This document shows positions 1 through 8,921 of a DNA stretch of 64,000 bases, piece by piece. The notes beneath the pieces are model-generated. The model did no database searches. It saw only the letters and a list, made by a program, of their open reading frames with translations, and was not told the DNA's origin. The position numbers and the translations under genes are program-made. This DNA comes from Candidatus Dormiibacterota bacterium. Its GTDB lineage: Bacteria > Chloroflexota > Dormibacteria > Aeolococcales > Aeolococcaceae. Positions within the stretch are counted from its first letter, which is position 1. The number at the start of each line of letters is the position of its first letter. Location: assembly GCA_036732145.1 (NCBI GenBank), contig DAINCY010000001.1:5197-69196 (forward strand), written 5' to 3'.

Positions 1-1
1 G

Positions 2-196
2 GAGCGTCTCCAGCGCTGGATCGGACAGATCGCCGGCCGCGGGGCGTGCCACCACCCCGACGGCGCCCTGGTGCTGCTCGCCAGCGGGCTGCGCGTCTTC
101 GCGGGGGACGTGTCGACCCACCTCCGCCGCGGCCGCTGCGACCGCGACCGCACCGCGCTGCTGCCCGCTCCCGACTGGATCGGGAAGCGCCGGTGA
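2..196 (+). CDS. 3' end of an unidentified upstream gene (partial); its stop overlaps the ferredoxin GTG start as GTGA
   Basis: Open frame 2 runs from the window edge to TGA at 194-196 (C-terminal ...GRGACHHPDGALVLLASG...DWIGKRR). No family recognised. Confidence 0.3.
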   Translation, partial: ERLQRWIGQIAGRGACHHPDGALVLLASGLRVFAGDVSTHLRRGRCDRDRTALLPAPDWIGKRR

Positions 197-405
197 GCCG
201 GCTTCGGGTCAACCCCATCCGCTGCGACGGCTTCGGGATGTGCGCCGAGATGCTGCCCGAACGGATCACCCTGGACGACTGGGGCTACCCGATCGTCGAC
301 GGACGCCCCGTCAGCCGGGAGCTCGTGGAGCTGGCCCGCCGGGCGGTGGCCGCCTGCCCCACGGCGGCGCTTCGGCTGGTCGACGACGCCGAGCCGTCCC
401 GCTGA
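193..405 (+). CDS. Small single-cluster ferredoxin (3Fe-4S/4Fe-4S type)
   Basis: ORF 46..405 contains a ~70-aa ferredoxin core (RVNPIRCDGFGMCAEMLPE ... AVAACPTAAL). GTG at 193 fits as the start; the longer N-terminal extension overlaps the upstream gene end and is rejected. Confidence 0.65.
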   Translation: MSRLRVNPIRCDGFGMCAEMLPERITLDDWGYPIVDGRPVSRELVELARRAVAACPTAALRLVDDAEPSR

Positions 406-421
406 GTCGGCAACGGAGCCC

Positions 422-3028
422 TCAAACCCGGGTGCGCACCACCGCAGGCTTGCCGAGGATCCCGTCGATCATCGCGAGGAACTCGGTGACCTTCGCCGGC
501 TTGGTGAGGTACGCAACGGCGCCGGCCTCGAGGAGCTGCCGGACCTGTCGCTCGGTGGCATCGGCGCTGTAGATCACCACGGGGATCTCAGCGGTGCGGG
601 AATCGGCCCTGAGGCGCTCGATCACCTCGTCGCCGTCGAGGTCGGGGAGGTGCAGATCGAGGACGATGAGGTGGGGCAGGTGCTCGCGCGCCAGTTCCAC
701 GGCGAGGCCACCCTGCATGGCGGTCAGCAGCCTCACAGTGGGTCGAAGCGAGAAGATGGCTTCCACCAGCGCAATGGTCGCGAGGTTGTCCTCGACGTAC
801 AGGACGGTGTGATCAGCTGCGGGATCGCGAAGAACAGCCGGCCCTTTGGCGGGAATCACGGAGGCCCGGTCGGTCCCGGTAGCCTGCTGCAGCCGAACCG
901 TGAACGTCGATCCCTCACCCCGTGCGCTGCGCACCTCCACGCTGCCACCCATGGCCACCGCCAGCTGGCGGGACAGGGCCAGCCCGAGGCCACTTCCCTG
1001 GATGTGGGTGCGCTCGGCGCCAAGCCGCTCGAACGGCTGGAAAAGCCGCCGCTGCTCGCTCTCGTTCAGCCCGGGGCCGTCGTCGATGACATCGATGTCG
1101 ACAGCGCCGTTCCTGGCCGCCGCGCCGACCACGACGTGGCCGCCTTCCGATCCGTACTTGATGGCGTTGCTGAGCAGGTTGAGCAGCACCTGGATGAGGC
1201 GCTGGCGGTCGGCCCGGACATGGATCTGATCGGTGCCCTCCACGCGCACGCTGACGGTGACGCGCCGCTCGCCGGCGGACTGCGCGACCAGGCCGACACA
1301 CTCCTCGAGAACTGAGCGAACGTCCAGCGGCTGCAGCGAGAGTGACTCCCGGCCGGCTTCGATACGAGCGATGTCCAGGACGTCGTTCACCAGGCTGAGC
1401 AGGTGTGAACCAGCGCGCTGGATGGCGTCGATCGCTGTCTTCTGGTCCTGGCGCGGCTGGCGCATCTCCAGCAGGTCGCTGAACCCGAGCATCGCCGCCA
1501 GCGGCGTGCGCAGCTCGTGACTCATGCGTGAGAGGTACTCGCTCTTGGCGTTGCTGGCCTGCTCGGCCGCGTCGCGAGCGCGGCGCAGTTCGTCGGCGAC
1601 GCGCTTCTCGTTGCTGATGTCGCGGTTGATCTCGAGAACCGACAGCGGTTTGCCGGCGACGTCGCGCTGTACAGCCCATCGGGCGCTGGTCGACAGCGTG
1701 CGGCCATCCTTGGTCCGCTGCACCAGCTCGCCCTCCCAGTGATCGTGCTCGCTGAGGGCTGCCATGATGGCGTGAACCGGCACGGAGTACTGCGTCTGGA
1801 GCAGTTCCTGTGAGTCCCTGTTGAGGGCCTCGGCCGAGCTGTATCCGTACAGCTCGGAGGCGGCCTTGTTCCAGTACTGGATGGCGCGCGAGGCGAAGTC
1901 CCAGCTGAAGACGGCGTCGTACGCCAGGTCGAGCAGTTCCGCATTGCGCCGCACGCCGACCACAAGGTGCACGCGATCCAGGGCCACGGTGATCGACACG
2001 GCGTACTGTCCGAGGCGCGCCAGCTCCTCATCACCGAACAAGGGGGTGAACGGGCCCCCGAGCACGGCCAGGAATCCATCACCAGCCTGGGAATGAAGAG
2101 GCACCACTGCGGTCGCCCCCAGTGAGCTCGTGAAGGACAGACCCGCTGAGTCGCGCACGTCTTCCAGGTCGCGATGGAGGCGCTCACCAGCGGCGAGATC
2201 GATTCCGGACACTGCCAGGACGCGCCCGTTGAGCACCAGCAGAGCAGCGCCGCCACCGAGCAGGCGCGCCGCCCACTCCAGCGCACGCTCGGCGAGAGTG
2301 ATCTCGTCGGCGGAGTACAGGAGCAGATTGTTGATCGCGTGGCGCAGTTGAATCTCCTCGCGCTCGCGCCAGACGCGGCGCAACCATCCAGGCGGTGACA
2401 GGGATACCGCAAGCAAGGGCATGCTGAGCAGCACGACGCTGTAGACCGCCACTTCGGCCGTCGTGCTCTGGGCCGCGACGGTGGCGACAACAGTGCCGAG
2501 CAGCGCGATGACGATTCCTGTGAACCCGGCGTTCAGGGCGCGCAGCCGAGCGCGCTGAACCGAGGGCAGCGTGCCCGACACTCGCCACAGGCGCAGGATC
2601 GACGCCCCCACCACGCCGCACCAGGCGAGGAGCGTGACGATGTCGACGGCCAGCGCCGAGCCGCTCGGCCTGGCCACCGTACCGTCGAGGTTGGCGGCGA
2701 TGCAGGCGGCGGTGACCCCGGCGAGGGCGATCGACGAGGTTCTCAGCGCCCATGTCCCAACCGGAATCAGGCTGTGACGAAACAGCAGGAAGGAGTATGC
2801 AGATGCCATGAACAGGGCGATGCTGACCGCCGACAGCAGCGCTCGCGAGGTGCCCGAGACTTGCGCGATCGCCACCAGTGTCCCGAGGATGCCGAGCAGG
2901 CCGACCGCAAGAGCCAGGTACCGCCGGCTGCGGTCCCTGTGTTGGAGCCAGTCGACGAAGGTCAGAGCACCGAGCACGTCCAGCGCCACCGCTACCGCCC
3001 ATTGCAGTGCCGCAAGTGCCTGGGTCAC
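422..3028 (-). CDS. Hybrid sensor histidine kinase: polytopic N-terminal sensor, PAS, HisKA, HATPase and C-terminal receiver domains
   Basis: 868 aa. Several hydrophobic helices at the N-terminus. H-box SHELRTPL. Has N/G-box ATPase motifs (NLLSNAIKYG, DDGPGL, GSGLGLAL). C-terminal REC domain with the LDLHLPDLDG aspartate pocket and a conserved K (YLTKP). Confidence 0.85.
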   Translation of the reverse strand: MTQALAALQWAVAVALDVLGALTFVDWLQHRDRSRRYLALAVGLLGILGTLVAIAQVSGTSRALLSAVSIALFMASAYSFLLFRHSLIPVGTWALRTSSIALAGVTAACIAANLDGTVARPSGSALAVDIVTLLAWCGVVGASILRLWRVSGTLPSVQRARLRALNAGFTGIVIALLGTVVATVAAQSTTAEVAVYSVVLLSMPLLAVSLSPPGWLRRVWREREEIQLRHAINNLLLYSADEITLAERALEWAARLLGGGAALLVLNGRVLAVSGIDLAAGERLHRDLEDVRDSAGLSFTSSLGATAVVPLHSQAGDGFLAVLGGPFTPLFGDEELARLGQYAVSITVALDRVHLVVGVRRNAELLDLAYDAVFSWDFASRAIQYWNKAASELYGYSSAEALNRDSQELLQTQYSVPVHAIMAALSEHDHWEGELVQRTKDGRTLSTSARWAVQRDVAGKPLSVLEINRDISNEKRVADELRRARDAAEQASNAKSEYLSRMSHELRTPLAAMLGFSDLLEMRQPRQDQKTAIDAIQRAGSHLLSLVNDVLDIARIEAGRESLSLQPLDVRSVLEECVGLVAQSAGERRVTVSVRVEGTDQIHVRADRQRLIQVLLNLLSNAIKYGSEGGHVVVGAAARNGAVDIDVIDDGPGLNESEQRRLFQPFERLGAERTHIQGSGLGLALSRQLAVAMGGSVEVRSARGEGSTFTVRLQQATGTDRASVIPAKGPAVLRDPAADHTVLYVEDNLATIALVEAIFSLRPTVRLLTAMQGGLAVELAREHLPHLIVLDLHLPDLDGDEVIERLRADSRTAEIPVVIYSADATERQVRQLLEAGAVAYLTKPAKVTEFLAMIDGILGKPAVVRTRV

Positions 3029-3079
3029 AGATCAAAGTATGACAACGGGGGGCCGAAGTGACGGCAGTCGCCCGCCCCG

Positions 3080-3718
3080 GTGACGTGGGCGACAATCAGC
3101 GAGGTGCCCCACTATTTCGACCGCGAGCCGCTGGCACCCTCCCATCCACGTGAGGTGGTGCTGAGGCTGCCGGATGTCACCGTGGGGCTGCACAGTGACG
3201 CGGGGGTCTTCGGACACCGAGCGGTGGACAGCGGCACCCTGTTTCTGCTGCGGCGCGCTCCGCCGCCTCCTCAGGCGGGCGACATCCTCGACCTGGGGAC
3301 CGGGTACGGGCCGATCGCTGTCGCGCTGGGTCTGCGCGCTCCGAAGGCGCGGGTGTGGGGCGTCGACGTCAACAGGCGCGCCCTGGAGCTGACATCCCGT
3401 AACGCCGCCGCCTCAGGAGCAACCAATGTGGTGGCCGCCACCCCCGAGGAGGTCCCCAGCGGGGTGCGGTTTGCCGCCATCTACAGCAATCCGCCCGTGC
3501 GCATCGGACTGCCGCTGTTGCATCCGCTGCTGACCGGCTGGCTCGACCGGCTCCTTCCTGATGCGGCGGCGCACCTCGTGGTGCACCGCCACCTCGGCTC
3601 GGACTCTCTGGCGCGGTGGCTCGTCGGCGAGGGTTTCGGCGTGGAACGAGTCGCCTCTCACGATGGCTTTCGCATCCTGCGTGTGCAGCCCCGACCAGCC
3701 GTGGGGGATGATCGCTGA
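3080..3718 (+). CDS. Class I SAM-dependent methyltransferase (RsmC/MTS small-domain type, likely rRNA or protein methyltransferase)
   Basis: DLGTGYGPIAVAL glycine-rich SAM motif and a YSNPP (NPPxR-like) catalytic motif. 212 aa. Confidence 0.65.
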   Translation: MTWATISEVPHYFDREPLAPSHPREVVLRLPDVTVGLHSDAGVFGHRAVDSGTLFLLRRAPPPPQAGDILDLGTGYGPIAVALGLRAPKARVWGVDVNRRALELTSRNAAASGATNVVAATPEEVPSGVRFAAIYSNPPVRIGLPLLHPLLTGWLDRLLPDAAAHLVVHRHLGSDSLARWLVGEGFGVERVASHDGFRILRVQPRPAVGDDR

Positions 3719-4576
3719 ATGGTCGTGCCTGCGCTCAACGCCGCCCTCGGGGTCATCCGCATCGACATCGATCCTGTGATCCGCATCGGCGGCCTGTCGG
3801 TGCACTGGTACGGCGTGATGTACGCCCTGGCCTTCCTGGTCGCCTTCCGCTATGGAGTCCTGCCTCACGTCGTCCCTCGGGGCGTCGATCGGGGTACAGC
3901 GGAACGCGCGCTCATCTGGACGATCATCTTCGGACTGCTCGGAGCACGTCTCTACTACGTCGTCCAACAACCCAATCTTGGTGACTACCTGCACAATCCG
4001 ATCCGGATCATCGCTGTGTGGGAAGGAGGCATGGCCTTTTTCGGTGCCATCATCGCCGGCCTGGCCACGGTCACTGTGTTCGCGTGGCGGAACCGCCTCT
4101 CCACCTGGGTGATGTGGGACGCGGCAGTGATCTTCGCCGTCATCGGCCAGCCCATAGGCCGCATCGGAAACCTCATCAACGGCGACATCCTGGGTGCGCA
4201 GAGCAACCTGCCGTGGGCGACCGCGTACGTCAATCCGCATGCGGTGCTGCAGAGCGGATTTCAGCTCTGTACGTCGGTCAGCTGCCCCGCCTACCAACCG
4301 GCGGCGGCGTACGAGGCCCTCGGCACCGTCGCCATCGGACTGATCCTCTTCGCCCTGCGCCGCCGCGGCGTGCGCAACGGCGCACTCGCCGTCGCCTACC
4401 TCCCGCTGTACGCGATCAGCCAGCTCATCCTCTTTCAGTTCCGGGCCAGTGAACCAGTCCTCGGACTCGGTCTGCACCAGGCGCAGTGGACGGCGCTGGT
4501 GATCCTGCTCCTGGTGGCCCCGCTGGTGTTTCTGGCGTGGCGCCGTCATCTCGACACCGTGGCGGTACCGGGGTGA
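3719..4576 (+). CDS. lgt: Prolipoprotein diacylglyceryl transferase
   Basis: Signature motifs HWYGVMY, GARL and GRIGNLINGDILG. Polytopic, 285 aa. The ATG directly abuts the stop of the preceding methyltransferase gene. Confidence 0.85.
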   Translation: MVVPALNAALGVIRIDIDPVIRIGGLSVHWYGVMYALAFLVAFRYGVLPHVVPRGVDRGTAERALIWTIIFGLLGARLYYVVQQPNLGDYLHNPIRIIAVWEGGMAFFGAIIAGLATVTVFAWRNRLSTWVMWDAAVIFAVIGQPIGRIGNLINGDILGAQSNLPWATAYVNPHAVLQSGFQLCTSVSCPAYQPAAAYEALGTVAIGLILFALRRRGVRNGALAVAYLPLYAISQLILFQFRASEPVLGLGLHQAQWTALVILLLVAPLVFLAWRRHLDTVAVPG

Positions 4577-5139
4577 CACCGGGCGGAGTGGGACCCCTGG
4601 CGTCGATTGTCGACCTCCTCTTCACCATCCTCGAACTGATGGTCTTCGCCCGCGTGATGCTGTCGTGGCTGCCGATCAGCCCGTGGAACCCAATCGCACG
4701 CTGGCTGAGACGCATCGTCGACCCGATCCTGCGGCCGTTCCGGCGCGTGCTTCCCGCCTTCAGCGGCATCGATTTCTCCCCGCTGCTCGCCCTGGCGGTG
4801 CTCTATGTGCTCCAGCAGGTGGTGCACTCGCTGCTCACCGTCGGCTCGGTGTCGCCGGGTTATGCGGTGCTCAGTGTGGTGCGCCAGGTTGCCCTGGGCA
4901 TCGTCATCTTCTTCTGCATCGTGTTGTTCGTCCGGCTGCTGTTCTCGCTCTTCCACGCCGACCGCTGGCACCCCATCGTGCTCTTGGTGCGGCGGATCAC
5001 CGACCCACTGGTCCGGCCGTTCGCAGGTCTGGTGCCACGCGGCGCCGCCGTCGATGGCGGCGCGGCGATCGCTTTCCTCGTCTTCCTGGCGCTTTTCTTC
5101 GTGGGCCAGGCGCTCTTCAACGCCGCCGGAGTGTTCTAG
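4573..5139 (+). CDS. YggT family membrane protein with two tandem YGGT repeats
   Basis: Two copies of the ARVMLSWLP...PIARWLRRIVDPILRPFRR motif (second copy ...ITDPLVRPFAGLVP). GTG at 4573 overlaps the lgt stop as GTGA. Confidence 0.65.
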   Translation: MTPGGVGPLASIVDLLFTILELMVFARVMLSWLPISPWNPIARWLRRIVDPILRPFRRVLPAFSGIDFSPLLALAVLYVLQQVVHSLLTVGSVSPGYAVLSVVRQVALGIVIFFCIVLFVRLLFSLFHADRWHPIVLLVRRITDPLVRPFAGLVPRGAAVDGGAAIAFLVFLALFFVGQALFNAAGVF

Positions 5140-5158
5140 TTCTGGCAGGGGCGGGCGG

Positions 5159-8100
5159 TCAGCTCCGACGTCCTGCGCCCCAAGCCTCGCGATCGGGAGC
5201 CCGCTCGCGCCGGGTTTCGAGGCGGTAGGCGCCGGCACCGAGCAGAGCCTCGACGGTGCGTTCCAGTCCGGGGCCGGGTTCCACTGTGAAGCCGTCATCG
5301 AGCGCGATGTCGTCGATGGACTCCGCGCTCTCGACGTGGATGAGCACGGGTGCGTCGCCGCGGTGCTCGGCGATCGCCTTGTGCAGGGGCGCGACCAGGT
5401 GATGCTGGTGAGGTCCAAGGCGGAAGTGCACCAGGCTGTTGCGCCGCCACCCGACCAAGCGCGGGTCATCGATGGCAAAGATGGCGTCGGCTCGTATCTT
5501 GGCTGGCTCGCTCTCGCGTTCCTCGTCGTCTGCGCTGTTGGGCGCCGGCCTGGCGGTCTCCACCTTCCCGCGGATGACCACCACCGCATCGGGGCGCAGC
5601 AGTTCCGCCACCTCCTCGAAGACGCGGTTGAAGACCACCACCTCACAGGCCCCGGTCAGGTCCTCGATCTGCAGGAATGCCATGCGCTGCCCGGTGGTGC
5701 TCTTGCGTGGCACGAAGGCGCGCACGTCGCGAATGCAGCCGCCCACCTGGACGACCAGGCCGTCGAGGTGCGCCCCCAACTCGTTGATCGAGGTGTCGAT
5801 GCGCTCCTGCAGGGTGGCGGCGATGCGGCGCAATGGGTGATCACTGAGGTACATGCCGAGCAGGTCGCGTTCCCACGCCAGCCAGGAATCATCGCCGCGG
5901 TTCGGCTCCCCGTTGTCACCGTCTGGCGCCACGTGCGGCACCAGGATGCCAATGATGTCGACGGCGTCGCCGAAGAGCGACGTCTGCCCGAGGTCTCGCT
6001 CCCGCCGCACTGCTGCGGCGTGGTCCATGGCCGAGTCGAGCTGGCGGAGCAGCGCGTGACGGTCACCGAGGGGATCGAGAGCGCCGCACTGGATGAGCGA
6101 CTCCATCACACGACGGTTGAGGTCACGGCTCTCCACGCGCATGCAGAGGTCGAGGAGGCTGGTGAACGGACCAGCCTGGTCGCGCGCCTCGATGACGGTC
6201 TCGGTGACGCTGTTGCCAACGTTCTTGACGTGCTGCAGTCCGAAGAGGATCTCACCGCCGGCGGCATCGCCCACCACGAAGCCGGCGCCACTGCGATTGA
6301 TGTCCGGCTTGTGAACCACGAGCCCGTGCGCGTGCGCGTCGAGGATGGTCTGCTTCAGCTTGTCGAAGTCGCCGCCGCGGCTGTTGAGCAGCGCCGCCAT
6401 GTACTCGAGGGGGTGATTGGCCTTCAGGTACGCGGTCTGGTATGAGATGAGTCCGTAGGCGACGGAGTGCGCCTTGTTGAAGCCGTAGCCTGCGAAGTGA
6501 GCCATCAGGTCGAAGAGTTCGGTGGCTCGATCCGCAGCAATTCCGTTGGCGGCCGCGCCGGCGACGAACTTCTCGCGCTGCTTGGCCATCTTCTGCTTGT
6601 CCTTCTTGCCCATGGCCCCACGCAGCAGATCGGCTTCGCCAAGCGTGAAACCCGCCACCGCCTGGGCGATCTTCATCACCTGGTCCTGGTACACCATGGT
6701 GCCGTGGGTCTCGGCGAGCACTGGATCGAGCAAGGCCTCGAGGCCGGCCGGGTATTCGACGGGCAGCTCGCCACGCTTGCGCTTCATGTACAGGTCGACC
6801 ACGCCGCCCTCGATGGGGCCGGGCCGGTTGAGCGCCACCGCCACGCCAAGGTCTTCGAGCGAGCGGGGCTGCATGTCGATGAGGATCCGCTTGGCGAAGG
6901 TGGCTTCGAGCTGGAAGACGCCGTGCGTGTCCGCCTTGCAGAGCAGCGCGTAGGTGGCAGGATCGTCCAACGGAATGTCATCGATGTCGATGACCTGTCC
7001 TGTGGACCGCTCGACCATGCGCAGCGCCTCCTCGATGACGGTGAGGTTGGTGAGGCCGAGGAAATCGATCTTGAGAAGGCCGACCTTGGCGATCCCCTCC
7101 ATGTCGAACATGGTCACGGCGCTGCTGCGGTCACCGGTGGTGGAGCGCTGCAGCGGCACGATGTTGGTGAGCGGCTCGGCGCCGATGACGACGCCGGCGG
7201 CATGAGTCGACGCGTTGCGGCAGATGCCCTCCAGACGGCGTGCGTTGTCAATGACCTGACGCGCCCAGCCCTCGCTCTCGTACAGGCCGCGCAGTTCCCG
7301 GCTGTCCGCAAGCGCTTTGTCCAGAGTGATCTTGACGCTCATCGGCACCAGCTTGGCGAGACGGTCGACGTCGGGCAATGGCACGTTGAGGGCGCGACCG
7401 ACGTCGCGGATGGCGGCGCGGGCCGCCATGGTCCCGAAGGTGATGATCTGAGCAACGTGGTCCTCGCCGTACTTCCCCTGCACGTACTGCAGGACGCGGT
7501 CGCGCCGGCGGTCGTCGAAATCGATGTCGATGTCGGGCAGCTCGACGCGCTCACGGTTGAGGAAGCGCTCGAAGATGAGACCGTACCGGAGCGGACAGAT
7601 GTTGGTGATGCGCAGCACGTACGCAACCAGTGAACCGGCCGAGCTGCCGCGCCCTGGGCCGACCACGACCCCATCGCAGCGGGCAGCTCGGATCAGGTCC
7701 CAGACGATCAGGAAGTACGGCGCAAAGCCGGTGGTCTCGATGACATCCACTTCCATGGCCAGCCGCTCTCTGGCCTCGGTCGTGATGTCCTCGCCGTAGC
7801 GTTCGCGCAAGCCCGCCTCACACAGCTCCCGGAGATAGCTCTCCGCCGTGTGCCCCGGCGGTATCGGCGAGTAGGTGGGAAGCAGGTTGCCGCCGAGCTT
7901 CAGCTCCAGGTTGCACAGGTCTGCGACCGCGAGCGTGTTGGACACCGCCTCGCCGTAGGCAGCGAAGCGATCTCGCATCTGCGCGCCGGTGGTAACCGAG
8001 AAATGCGGTCCAGCGAAACGGAAGCGCTTCTCATCCGCGCGTCGCGCCTGCGTCTGGATACAGAGGAGGATGTCGTGTGCCTCGGCATCATCGACACCGA

Positions 8101-8761
8101 TGTAGTGCGCGTCATTGGTGGCCACCAGCGGCAGACCGGTGCGCCGGGCGATCTCAACCAACCCGGTGCGGATGGTCTCCTCCTCGGGAATCGCGTGGTC
8201 CATGATCTCGAGGAAATAGCCATCGCGTCCAAACATCTCCATGTGCTGCCGCGCAACACTCTCGGCCGCATCCATGTCACCGGCGAGAATCGCCTGCGGC
8301 AACTCTCCGCCGATGCAAGCGGACAGGCAGATCAGGCCCTCGGCGTGTTCGGCGAGCAGCTCCTTGTCGATGCGGGGCTTGTAGTAGTAGCCCTCGAGAT
8401 GCGATTTGCTGACCAGCTGGATGAGGTTGCGATAACCGATCTGATTGCGCGCCAGGACGATGAGGTGGTTGGGGTCGCGGTCGGTCCGCCCCTCCTTGTC
8501 ATGGCGCGAGCGCGGCGCCATGTACATCTCGCAGCCGATGATCGGCTTGATTCCCGCAGCCCGCGCGGACGTGTAGAACTTGACCGCGCCGTAGAGGGCG
8601 CCGTGATCGGTGATGGCCAGCGCCGGCTGACCGTGTTTCTTGGCGGTTGCCACCAGGTCGCCGATGCGCGCCGCGCCATCGAGGAGTGAGTACTCGGTGT
8701 GGGTGTGCAGATGGACAAACGGCTCGTTCTGTACCTCAACCCCATCGACCGCCAAGTCCAA
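5159..8761 (-). CDS. dnaE: DNA polymerase III alpha subunit
   Basis: 1200 aa. N-terminal PHP domain (HLHTHTEYSLLDGA). Pol III alpha core fingers/palm motifs. C-terminal OB fold. Confidence 0.95.
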   Translation of the reverse strand: MDLAVDGVEVQNEPFVHLHTHTEYSLLDGAARIGDLVATAKKHGQPALAITDHGALYGAVKFYTSARAAGIKPIIGCEMYMAPRSRHDKEGRTDRDPNHLIVLARNQIGYRNLIQLVSKSHLEGYYYKPRIDKELLAEHAEGLICLSACIGGELPQAILAGDMDAAESVARQHMEMFGRDGYFLEIMDHAIPEEETIRTGLVEIARRTGLPLVATNDAHYIGVDDAEAHDILLCIQTQARRADEKRFRFAGPHFSVTTGAQMRDRFAAYGEAVSNTLAVADLCNLELKLGGNLLPTYSPIPPGHTAESYLRELCEAGLRERYGEDITTEARERLAMEVDVIETTGFAPYFLIVWDLIRAARCDGVVVGPGRGSSAGSLVAYVLRITNICPLRYGLIFERFLNRERVELPDIDIDFDDRRRDRVLQYVQGKYGEDHVAQIITFGTMAARAAIRDVGRALNVPLPDVDRLAKLVPMSVKITLDKALADSRELRGLYESEGWARQVIDNARRLEGICRNASTHAAGVVIGAEPLTNIVPLQRSTTGDRSSAVTMFDMEGIAKVGLLKIDFLGLTNLTVIEEALRMVERSTGQVIDIDDIPLDDPATYALLCKADTHGVFQLEATFAKRILIDMQPRSLEDLGVAVALNRPGPIEGGVVDLYMKRKRGELPVEYPAGLEALLDPVLAETHGTMVYQDQVMKIAQAVAGFTLGEADLLRGAMGKKDKQKMAKQREKFVAGAAANGIAADRATELFDLMAHFAGYGFNKAHSVAYGLISYQTAYLKANHPLEYMAALLNSRGGDFDKLKQTILDAHAHGLVVHKPDINRSGAGFVVGDAAGGEILFGLQHVKNVGNSVTETVIEARDQAGPFTSLLDLCMRVESRDLNRRVMESLIQCGALDPLGDRHALLRQLDSAMDHAAAVRRERDLGQTSLFGDAVDIIGILVPHVAPDGDNGEPNRGDDSWLAWERDLLGMYLSDHPLRRIAATLQERIDTSINELGAHLDGLVVQVGGCIRDVRAFVPRKSTTGQRMAFLQIEDLTGACEVVVFNRVFEEVAELLRPDAVVVIRGKVETARPAPNSADDEERESEPAKIRADAIFAIDDPRLVGWRRNSLVHFRLGPHQHHLVAPLHKAIAEHRGDAPVLIHVESAESIDDIALDDGFTVEPGPGLERTVEALLGAGAYRLETRRERAPDREAWGAGRRS

Positions 8762-8921
8762 CTCCCTCGCGCTGCTGTCGAACAGACGTACGGGAGTATA
8801 AGGCTAGGCTTGGCCAGCCGTTTGTCGTTTCGAGGTCAACGCTGGGCCGGCGTCAGGTCGCGCCGACGAGTTGGGCGACAATCCGCAGGGACCTTTGGCC
8901 GCCCCTGTAACGTGAGGCCGC

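Noticed and set aside
46-192. N-terminal 49-codon extension of the ferredoxin ORF
   Set aside because: The extension is Pro/Arg-rich and overlaps the last 50 codons of the upstream gene in another frame. GTG at 193 gives a normal-sized ferredoxin.
915-2490. Long reverse- and alternate-frame ORFs inside the histidine kinase gene (e.g. 915..1679, 1522..2490, 650..1315)
   Set aside because: Arg/Pro/Ala-rich low-complexity translations typical of open alternative frames in 70% GC DNA. They overlap a well-supported multi-domain kinase.
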